NCBI RefSeq assembly: GCF_037042905.1
Contig: NC_087246.1
Coordinates: 5,458,001-5,522,000, forward strand
DNA from: Lytechinus pictus
Lineage: Eukaryota
Direction: 5' to 3'
Length of the DNA: 64,000 nucleotides
Below, piece after piece: positions 1 through 11,700 of the stretch. The position numbers and the translations under genes were made by a program. The notes beneath the pieces are model-generated. The model ran no database searches. It was not told where the DNA came from and saw only the letters and a program-made list of their open reading frames with translations. Position 1 is the stretch's first letter; every line of letters starts with the position of its first letter.

Positions 1-540
1 CAAAGTGTAAAATAAAAGATTAATCATGACAAAATTCAACATTTAAATATAACGATTCCCTATAGACGAGTGAATGTTAATGTGTCTGACAAATGAGCAG
101 TCCGTCAGATTGATTGAGGCTTCTTGGTGGAATTCAATTTTCCAAAAGGGGGACAAATTTTTCGGAGGAAAATATATAGACAAGCCAAAAAAAAATATTT
201 TCAACCACAATTTTATGATATTTCGTACCCGAAAAAAATTAAAAAGCCAAAAAGGGGTCTTCAATTTCAATGGCATTTTTACATCAATTTGTTTTTATTT
301 TGCTTTTGAAAAGGGGGGGGGGAGGGGGCGCCGGCATACGGCACGTCGTGCCGTTTTCCAGTTTCCACTGCCCCAGGCCCACGGCACGGCAAGAAAGCCG
401 TGCTCGATCAGATGCCGTCCGTCAGGACCCATGTATGATGTAAACCCCCGTGTAAACCCAAGGCTAGACTGCTTCAGGCGTGGCAACAAGTACATTTTAA
501 GGGTATTCGTGTATCCTCAGCCGACCCGTGCCCCGGCCGG

Positions 541-1911
541 CGAAATTATTTTTCCCACCGAGTTCTGGACCGACATATGAATATTCATGACTTGCGTCTT
601 CGAATTAAGAGTACGCATGCGCGTGGACTTGGCCACGACCAGTGCCACCAGTGCAGTGCCGCGCCGGTCGTAAACATTCACGTTGCTCAGAATGAATTAG
701 CATCGTCAAATTACCGGTACCCTTACATAGTTACGTAGACCTTATACTAGGCTTAGATATCTATATCTATATCCAATTCTTAAACACTTATACAAAATAG
801 CTGCCATTAATGGCAAGACATGTGCTAGGGTAGGGCTCGCTTAGGCTAGCGCATTAACTTTACCTCAAATCTGGACCTGTCTAATGCCTAGTACCTGTCC
901 ATGGACCTATTGATAGGTCCATGCTAGTACTAATCAGTGTTGTAGTGCCTTGATGCTCGGCCTTCAAAGCCTTTGCCTTGAACATTTGAGCCTTGAAATT
1001 TAAAGGCATTTTCAAGGCTTTTTCAAGGCATTTTGTACTTTCATTTGTTTTAAATAAGTAATTACAAATGTTTCAATTTTTTTTTCGCGGACGAAAAAGC
1101 CTCCAAAAAATTTGCCCCACTTTGGTACGCCAGTGCGTGCGTGGAATGTATTCTAACGTCAGGCACAAATTAACGTCAGTGATTTTAATCCCCGTCTTCA
1201 CCCCAAATTAAGGATTTCTTAGCTGAAAAAAATTGACAAGCAAATAAAAAAATAGGAAAAAAAAAAGAGAAGATATTCACGTTCAAAAGAGGGGACGTCC
1301 CCTGGATCAGTTGTGACTCGTCAGGGGGCAGTCTGCCCCCCCCCCTTTGGTATACCTAGTGGTTCCATGCTGATACAGCGTAGATCAGAGTCTAGATCTA
1401 GAGACTAGACTAGAACTAAGATATATTTTTTTAGATCTAGGACTGGTCCTGTATACGGACTAGACACATTAAATCATGGTAAATAAGCTAATATTGGTCC
1501 AAACCTAATCAAACGTAAAGTTCGGAATTAACCAGTGGCATTAGTCGGCTTTTCCTATTAGTATTAGGCATTAGACAGGTCCAGATTTGAGGTAAAGTTA
1601 ATGCGCTAGCCTAAGCGAGCCCTATCCTAGCACATGTCTTGCCATTAATGGCAGCTATTTTGTATAAGTGTTTAAGAATTGGATATAGATATAGATCTAA
1701 GCCTAGTATAAGGTCTACGTAACTATGTAAGGGTACCGGTAATTTGACGATGCTAATTCATTCTGAGCAACGTGAATGCTTACGACCGGCGCGGCACTGG
1801 TGGCACTGGTCGGTCGTGGCAAAGTCCACGCGCATGCGTACTCTTAATCCGAAGACGCAAGTCATGAATATTCATATGTTGGTCCAGAACTCGGTGGGAA
1901 AAATAATTTCG
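541..1911. mobile_element. Foldback/non-autonomous DNA element with ~350-bp inverted arms
   Basis: 541-890 is the near-perfect reverse complement of 1565-1911, with a few substitutions and indels. The spacer is non-coding and no clear TSD is seen. Confidence 0.8.
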
Positions 1912-2643
1912 CGTGCCGCGGAATGCCGTGCACGGTCACCGTGCCGGATGCTGTGTATTGTTAATTGTTATATGGTGAAATTTTAAAAAGTACTTACATA
2001 TTGGATAACACTGTAATCTTAGATATTTGTAACCACAATATGATTCTATATGGGGATAAAGTAAGTAGATAATTTTTGTGCTTGCATGAGTAAAAAAACC
2101 CAGAAGTTTATCTTAAAGAATTGAAGATAACTGCCGGAAAAAGGAAGAAGAAAAGGTATACACCTCTATATGCATGCAGGTAAATTATAAGGTGCTTTAC
2201 ATATATATTACAAATAAAATCTTAGGTTGCATGTATAAGAATTTAATAACCACTTCCTCACAAATTTTATTACAAAACATTTAGTTGTAAATAGAAAAAT
2301 GCATAAAGAAGATGGGGGGAATCGAACGTTAAAGGTGACGGTATGTATTTTTTTCTCAATCTAATTAAAGCCTCGTTATAAAAATATAAGCAGTAATTCA
2401 TGCCATTACCTCTCCTATATACTTTTATTTCTCCTTTCTAATACCATTTCTTCTTTTTCGTTTTTTTTTAATTTCTTTCTTCGAAATTTAATTTATGTTT
2501 CTATTTTTTGGAAATAAATGTTAAATTTAATTCTTTCTGTTTGTTTGTTCTTCTGTTTTATAACGTCCTCGTGTCAGCTTTGAATTTGCGCGTTATACAC
2601 GTAAGTCGGCCGAAGAGGGAGCCCGACTCAGTAATTTTAAAAG

Positions 2644-2728
2644 ATGTCAGCCCCCTGTGTAGTCACGCTTTTGCGCAGAAATCAGAATATTCACAATAAT
2701 ATATCGTTTGCTGCCAGAAAAATGAGAG
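2644..2728 (+). CDS. ERAL1: ERAL1 exon 1, putative mitochondrial targeting peptide
   Basis: aagATG start. MSAPCVVTLLRRNQNIHNNISFAARKMR is Arg-rich with no acidic residues. The donor G|gtaaat is phase 1, matching the exon 2 acceptor at 6779. Confidence 0.75.
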
Positions 2729-5700
2729 GTAAATACTGAAATTATTCATTTTTAAACATAGGCCAATTGTTTTCCGTTTTGGTGTGGGTTTGTTCAGAAA
2801 TAGACCGATAATTTTGAATCCGCGCGAGTGTTTTACCCACTGTCTTTAGTTCAATTCAGTCGAGTCTTGAATCCTTGAGATAGTCCCACATGATCGATTC
2901 CGTGTCGGGAGATGAGAGAAGGTTGGCTTGACTTGAACAGGATGACCTTGAGACTCCATGATAATATTTTTTAATATTGACCTATACTTCTTCATCATGG
3001 AGTCTTGAAACCCTTTCCGAACATGCTTAAACGAGACCTACACACCCGGATGGATTTCCCTTGCCTTGGAAATCCATATTTACAAATTGCAGGGTGAAAT
3101 CGGTAGGCCTATATAATATTATAATATAAACTGAATTTTATTGATCTTTGAACCTTCAAGTTCAAACGCCTAATGCGTATGAAGGGATACAAATTATTTC
3201 ACTATGAATGGCAAAAATTAGAGGTTTCTTATCAGGCTCGTGTAGATCCCTCGAACCGTTTGTCAACAAAGCAAATACATAGTCAATACAATAGAATATA
3301 GGCTTGACCCCCCATCATGCCTAGCCAGGCGGCTTCTAGAGAGTAAAAATCATTTACTAACGTAAGGTTACTCTCATACGAAGCCAGGTCTTCTATCTCA
3401 TAGACCCACACAAAGGAAGCCTTTGTGTGGGTCTATGAGATAGAAGACCTGGCTTCGTATGAGAGTAACCTTACGTTAGTAAATGAATTTTACTCTCTAG
3501 AAGCCGCCTGGCTAATCATGCCCATGGGTGCATTACTGCTGCCGTGTATAGGTACGTATGTGACAAAAAAAAATGAAAATCATCAAATATCAATGAATTT
3601 GGTATCATTTGAAAGTTCTTAAAAAGACCTTTCAAATGATACCAAGAACTCTAATTTTCATCAAGAAATAAAGTTATTCCAGTTCAAGTCACGCACGCAT
3701 ATCCAAATTTGTGGTGATTGTCTTAATGTAAAGTCAATGGAATACAGTTTGATAACCCAAGTCTTCAATAGGCTCTAACTTCTTTGTTTTTGAGCCCTTT
3801 GAAGTAATTTAGGTATCAATAAAAGGTGAAAGAAAGCTTGATTGATGTAAAATCATTTCACTTTATAATTTTTCTTAATATGTGTGAAATAATTTCTTCT
3901 AATTAATTCTAATTAATTACTAATGGCAAATTATGCAAAATCACAATAACTCGCCTCTTTTTTTTTGCCAAATGAAGGTGATCATGATAGATAATTTATA
4001 GTTTGGCATCAAAACAGCATTAGATAATTTCCTAAATGAATTTGTTTAAAGTATCGTTTTTGTAATTTCTAATGTATTTCTTCATTGTTTCTGATATTAA
4101 TTACAAGCTCTTTTCAACTTTAGTATTGTTTACATGTATGTACGGGTGTCTTTTTTTACATATGAAAATTATCATTCCTTTTGTACTTTGTATGACCAAA
4201 TAAAAATACAAGTGTGCTATTTTCTGATGTATTTGATTGTTTCACCAGTTGCTTATGTATTCTATTGTTTCAACAATTTGTTATACACGTATAATATGTA
4301 GCTTTTGATTTTAGAGACAATGGACATTTGATTACAGTTTTTTTAGGAGGGATGAGCAGCTGAGTGTAAAATATGTATGTAGTATTGTATGCTATTTATT
4401 TCAAGTATCAAGAAGGATACAAATCAAGCTTTAATATATTGTATCAGATTTGTAATTTTGTATACATACATTGTCTTACAAATGCCCTGTTTGAGCTCTC
4501 TTTTTTAAAGAAAGATAAATAAATTCATATTCTAGAGTGAAATCACTGCACATAAATGTACACTCTTTTTTACAAGTACTTCTATACTATTATGAAACAA
4601 AACAAAAAAAAATTAGCAAGATTTTGTGGAAAAGAACTTAACAATCCAAACTCCAATCCAATCTCTCCATGGATAGACTTGAAAGGAACCAAATTATTAG
4701 TTGAAGCAAAAAGAAAAGGAAAAGAGTGGTCTATTTCTTTCAAAACAAAACAAAAAACAACCAGGAAAAAGCAGCCATCAAAGCTCTAAACTAACACTCA
4801 AAACAAGAGAAACAAAAGTGACACACACACTTGTACCAATCCCATCCCCATTTTCCAGTTTAAAACACAACAAAGTAAAATTAATTTTAAAAAAAAATCA
4901 TAAAAACAGGACTTAGACCCATCTGGAAATGAAATATTCTTTCCTCTGAGTTTTCATGTATTTTCTTACAATAGTGAAAAAAAATAAACAAAAATAAAAA
5001 AATAAACAACATAGTTCTTGCATTTTAATAAAACAAGGGTAGCTTGCGGCTCTTATATCTGGCTTGTGTTTTTAAAGAATCGGTTCATTTTGGTTTTATT
5101 TTGAAGATCAATAGTTAAAGAAAGACTAAATATCTTTGTTCTGAACTTTTTTTCTACTCGCCATCACAAAATTTCGATCATTTATGCATCCAAAAATTTG
5201 ATGAACTTTCATGCTCCGATATCCATACTTGACAGGCGAGTATCCATATTGAAACTTATATGTACAGAAAGTGCATATTGTTTTGAGCCCAAACTAACGT
5301 GCATGGGCAAAAACAATATTTACCCCCCTTATTTGATAACTTTGCGTATATTTATTCAATAAATAGTAGTAAATTTTAAAAATAATTAAGAGCACAAGTA
5401 TTTACTTCCCCAGTCTGTTTACGTTGCCATCTTGCCGTTGTTATCGGTACCTACATGTAGATACCTCACGCGTGTATAGCTGCCAACTATATTTTTGTAA
5501 AATAATTGCATCGGCCGGTAAATATCATGAATCGTAAAATACTTGTATCGGTCGATAAATATCATAAATATATCATTATAATATTTATCGAGCGATGCAG
5601 GTATTTTACGATTCATGATATCTACCGGCCGATTTGGCTGCGTTGTTTACAACTATCATAAGGGGTGCTTTATTTATAAATAAAAAAGAATGTGCAGCTA

Positions 5701-8700
5701 TTTATAAATAAAAAAGAATGTGCAGCTGTCTACCGCGACAAGGCTTGTTGCAAGAGTTGGGACAAAACCGTGGGAATTTTACAGAAAATACAACAAAAGA
5801 ACCAGTGAGTACCGATTAAACATTATTAATTTATTTAGTAGAGTACTTTTACCTAGTAGATTAAAACAATTTTGTGATATTCCCACGGTTTTGTCCCAAC
5901 TCTTGCAACAAGCCTTGTCGCAGTAGACAGCTGCACATTCTTTTTTATTTATAAATAAAGCACCCCTTACGATAGTTGTAAACAACGCAGCCAAATCGGC
6001 CAATAGATATCATGAATCGTAAAATACCTGCATCAATGTTCAATGCGATATGGTAGGTCTCCTAAGCTAAGTCTGCACACTCCCCCTTGTCTGCGCATAA
6101 GATGATCTGCGTGATTCTAGTAAAAGATACACAATGACCACAAACTTTACACCTGCATTACATAGACAAATATTCAATCAAAAGTCAAAATGGTGGAAAA
6201 ATATTGAATTTCAGGCATTTCATTTGACGGCTAAAAAATGCAGCCTTTCTAATCAAAATTCCTGAATCTCGTTTAGTGTATAAAGAGAATGGGTGTGCAG
6301 ACATGGGGCACCTTTTTTTGTTCAATCTGAAAATGACTGGCTGATGTTTTTTCCAAGAAAATCATATAATTCTTTCAAATTTTTATGAGATTTTTGGCAC
6401 ACTTACACAAAGAATATAATAATATAATTTTTTGTGAAATGAAAAGAAATTCATATTAATCCTTAAGTTAGATTACATGTAGTAGGTGCGCAGACATTGG
6501 CCCCCCCCCCCCTTCATTCTCTGTCTCCTTTTTTTTCTTTTTTGATTGGTCATTTTGAAGGTATGGTTCTCAATTTGTGAGAATGTTCGCAGACTCCGAA
6601 AAAAACAGAATTTTACAGGGTTTTTTTTTAGGAACGCTGTCAAAGGCTTTGTTAAAATCCATGTACAGTGTAGATCACAGCATTAGAAATTTATTCTGAA
6701 CAACTCCTGATACAACACATTGCCAAATGTCGTCAATTATTAATCATTCTATTTTAATTATTGTCTTTATCTCTACAGGAAGATTAAGTATGAATTCTGT
6801 TTCCTGCATTGAGGCATTAAGCTTACCAGGTCAAAGGTCAGTTTGGCAGAGTACCATTAGGTCAATGATTCATAAACCAACTAGTGAGCCCACAGATCAA
6901 GAAACAAACCTACTAGATGACTGTGATAAAAGGGAAAGAGATCCTGAATTTTACACACCTGTGCCTCCTGAAAGCGGTAAGCAAAGACTTGTAGTACTGT
7001 ATATGGCACTGTGCCTCTTGTCTACACAGTGCCATTTGTCTATGCAGATGTGTATCTTGGTGATTCTCAACCAAGATGTGCAGTGAAAACAAAGTTTTCA
7101 TCTTCAAACTGTACAGAGACAAATATTTATTGAAACTTCTTGAGTTAAAATAGTGGAAATGTTTATCAGACATGTAATTCACATTACCAGTATAACTTAA
7201 GGTTAAAAACCTTATTCCCAAATTGTGTAGACATGGGCTCCATTGCTCTCTCTTTCAAAATCATTGGGTGGTATTCTGAGATCCATTTTACCTCAGATTA
7301 AATAAAATATTTTTGATATCTGTTAAAATCAGTGGAATAAAATACCCTTGAAATATTTCCAAATTAGTATTCTGATCTGAGAACAATTTTTTCATCATTT
7401 TAAATTTTTATGTCTGTAAGACAACTATTTTTGAAGCAATATCCAATGAGAAACAGGTTTTTATAGCTCTCTTATCTTGTTCAACCAATGAACATCAATA
7501 TCGCCAGGATGTGTGGCAAGAGAGTGAGAGTGCATCAATTTATTGACATCAAATGCGATTGCACTTTACGCTAGTGCGTCTTTACAGAGATTTCTTTAAA
7601 GAAATGACGATTCTCGTATCTTCTTGTCGTTATCAATATCGCAACATTACAAGCATCACTTCAAAGACAATATTAGTCAAGAAAATCTTATGAAATAATT
7701 CCTAATTCTACAGGAATAATGTTAAGATGTTGCTGAAATGAACGTCACAGATATAAAATGGCCCCACCCTATTTTAAGGTTATTTTATTCAAAGTGACAT
7801 GGGCTCAAACACATCGTCCTCATTGCAGTGGATATGTCTACGCAGGCACTGCTTTGTCGCTTATCATCTTTAGATATGCAAGATAAAATTTTATCGCTGA
7901 TAAAATTTCAAATTTTATCTGAGAGATAGAATGTCTTCTCAGAATACCAATTTCATTTGAACAGATAAGATAAAATTGCCTCAGAATACCACCCCTGGCT
8001 GTTTCATCTTCTTAAAACTCCCACATGCATATATGCATATGTGTATGCTTAATCTTGTTAATCCCTTAATTCTAAATTATATTTTATTTATGTATTTTTG
8101 GTCGGGAGCAGACTATTGAAATAATACTAATGATTTTGGAATAATCTGACATCACATTTTTGTTTGTTTAGCGGAGCAGCAATCTCTTCTTTTAGCCAGA
8201 CCTTCATGTCAACCTGATGACTCTAGGATCTCAAGAGTTGCTATCATAGGCACACCAAACTCTGGAAAATCAACACTCATTAATAGTCTCCTTGGAAGAC
8301 GGGTAAGTTTCATTCTCCACTCAAAGGTCTAATCCTTGTGAAAAAAATAATAATGATCTGTCCATTTGCATGGTCTGATTAGTTGTTAACATTTACAAAA
8401 CTTGTACGTCAGGGGAGTGTTTCATCAACATTTTTGTCCGACAAGTTGTCAGATCTGACATCTTTCCTTGATGTTGATTGGCTAAGAAGCACTGTTACTA
8501 TGGCAACTGTCGGATAAAATGGGACTTGTCGGATAAAACGTCTGACAAGTCCTTTCATGAAACGCTCCCCTGGTGAGCCGACTCCAAATCATTCATTGTT
8601 CCTAATTCATATGTTTATGGACATTAATAGTAATCTCAAACTCATTGACTATAACAAAAGATTTAGTGCAACTTCTGTTTGTTTTTATTTTTAATATTTT

Positions 8701-11700
8701 TTTTCCATAGACAATTGAAATTATTAAATAGTTAAGGAACAGGGTTTGGGCATTCATGTCTAAATGGAATGGATTTGATTTAAAATTACCAACCAACAGA
8801 ACATTAGTTTCATTGAAATGTGGCAAAAAAAGCTTTGCTTTACAAGTTCCTCTCTCACTCTCTGTCTTTCTCTGCCTCCCTCCCATCCTTGCTCACTGTC
8901 TCTCCCTCTCTCTATTATCTTCCACCCCCTCACCCCCCTCTCTCTCTCTCTCATTCTCACCCTCTTTTTCTGACTGTCTGCAGATATGTGCTGTCTCACA
9001 GAAGGTACACACGACCATGAGCAATGCTTTGGCTGTCATCACCAACAGGAACACACAAGTGGTATGCCACAGCTTAAAGCTCATGTATAATTTGAATTAA
9101 ATTTGTATTAAAGAATACTTGTAAGGTTTCTCTTTCATCTTTATATCAGAGAAAATGAGAAAGACGAAATGTGGTAGAATCTCTTAAAAATAATTTAGCA
9201 GCATCATATGTGCATTGAGATTTCATTTGAAACATGTTAAGTAGTTTTCTTGTTTAAAATAAATGAAGGAGCAAGGTTTTGCTAGATTCTGTACGTTTGA
9301 TAATAGGGGTGAATTCTTTTAATTTTTGCCTTAATTTGAATTAATCAACATGTTTCTTATTTTAAGTGATTAAAAATCCAATACTGAGATGACACATCTA
9401 GGTCTGCTGAGTACTTCCTATTCTCCCCTCCGCTTGGGGTTCAGATAAATAGTTTGATTCTCATGGTGCGTGCCCTAGGCCTAAAGGGAAACAAATGTTG
9501 GTCAATCTGGTCCCACTTGGCTTCATTTTAATAAATCTTGGTATTGCATTTATTTTAAATAACACAAAAATTTAGTTTATTTTTATTTTATTTTTTTTTC
9601 AGGTCCTTCTAGATACTCCTGGTCTGATTAACTACACTCAAGGCAGAAGGTGGGTATGCATGTCTCTACTATTCGTCACATAACCTTTCTTGGTGCCCAT
9701 CCCCCCTCTCTCTCTCTTTGGTTTCTTATCATGTTGACAAGTAAATATTCTCATCTGTGTATTAATTTTCAGGCATGATTTTCATAACTCAAGTTCTTCT
9801 TTTATTTGGCAAGAGATATTCTATTATCATAGACTAATTATAGACTGTTTGCATTGGTTCTATTTCTGTGAATTGTGCAGGCCATCTGTGATACCATTTT
9901 AACAATAATTTACAGGCTATTAAAATGTCCCGAGGATTGTTGGGCCTAGCTAATTCGTCATCTGGTCCAAAATTGTAAAAATCATTAAAATATCTGTACT
10001 ATCAGGTGATTTACATTTTCCATAAAGGAATTAGTTTTACTGCCTAGGGCAATGTTGAGACAGATTCTATGTTTAATGCTTCTGGCTTGCTTCTGTCAAA
10101 ATTTTTGGTCTATCTTTCCAAAGTGTCTTCATTTTTACACTTCGTAGTAATTGCCTGCAGGTGTGACACTTATGTAAAGCAAAAGCTTAAGTATTGATTT
10201 TCTATTTAGGAGGTAGGAACATAATAATAGATCACAATGTCAGTGGTAAGATTAGGGATTATGTTGAAGTTGCTTTTTAATAGAAACTCTCAACAATAAC
10301 ATGTAGATAAAGCAAAAACTAAGGTATTGATTTTCTATTAAGGCATTGTAATAGATCACAGTTTCAATGGTAGGATTAGGGATTATGTTAAAATAGCTTT
10401 TCAAATATAACTCTCAACAAGTACATGTAGATACAGCAAAAGCTAACTTAGGTATTGATTTTCTATTTAGTCCTGTAAAAGATCACAATGTCAATGGTGA
10501 AATTAGGGATTACAAGTGAAGTTTCTTTTCAATAGATTCTCAGGTGTTTGAGAACAATGTATTTCCCTGTTCTTCCATCTATTCACACCTATCCAATGTT
10601 TCCCCCTTTCACTCCTACTTGTTCACTTGAAACTAAGGGCAGTGTAGCTCAGTCTTTCAGAGCACCTGTTTCGGATAAGAAAGATGTCAATGTACTTGGG
10701 TTCGAGTCCTGCTCATGCTGAAACAAAAATAAACAAAATAAAACTAATGCTAGTGTTGTGTGTTTAGTGTGCATCACTGCTGTATTCAGGTGTGAATGCA
10801 GTCGGAAAACGTTCTGTCCATTGGAAAGGACAAAAATGTTGTAACTCAATTACAACATTTGTCAAAGAGTAGGATGTTCTCCCGGTGTATTGCACTTGCT
10901 GGTTCCTGGTACTACAATAAAGGAGGCTTGAAAGAGGCAATATAGCTTGAAGAAGTACAGGCTCATGCATGAATTGGAGGAACTGTTTCAATGCATGGTA
11001 CCTGTTTTCAAAACATTGTAGGCATATCTGTTTGAGGAACTATTTAAGTAGATCATCATATTCATTGTGTAGTACTAGCAATAGGAGCCAAACAGCGAAG
11101 TATAATAATATATGGTGGCCACCATAATAATATATGGTGGCTATACTGTACAAATTTATCAGATTATTATTTTTTATTATGGTCTGTGTTGGAATCTTAT
11201 GGTTCTGCAAAATTTGTGTCATATTGCTTCTCTCTGCACGAATATATATTTCATGTATATATTCATATATTATATGTATCTTTTTCATTGTGTTCAAATT
11301 AATATGTTACTTTATAAATGGTATAATTATCCTTTTTTTATCATTCTAAAACTATTTGTCCTTCATATATCTTCTTAGACACAAGTTGCCAAGATCACTA
11401 TTAGTTGATGCTAAGAACACCTTACTGGAATCAGATCTTGGTAAGTGAAAATCACCTTATACAAGTTCTAAGGGTATTGATGTCAAGTAGAGAACCAAAG
11501 TGATGACATCATACAAAACTTATTTTGCATTTCAGCTTTTTGGTACTATATTTTGGTAGAGCATGATGAAAAACCACTGTAATCCAAATTTGGTCGGAAT
11601 CGGTCCATGGGGGCCTTAGATATGACCTCATGAATACAAAATTAGCCTCGTTTGAATTTAATGCATTATTGGCCTGGTTCCTAACATTAAGAACCAGGCC

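Noticed and set aside
74..580. 168-aa ORF at the window start
   Set aside because: No recognisable domain; it crosses homopolymer runs and the foldback arm.
6043..6052. Alternative ERAL1 first exon ATGCGATATG|gtaggt (phase 1)
   Set aside because: It sits at a repeat edge and gives only 3 codons. Exon 2644-2728 gives a much better mitochondrial presequence.
10637..10720. tRNA genes (also ~12105, ~15600, ~61284)
   Set aside because: A and B boxes are present but there is no intact cloverleaf, and the heads run into SINE bodies or are truncated.
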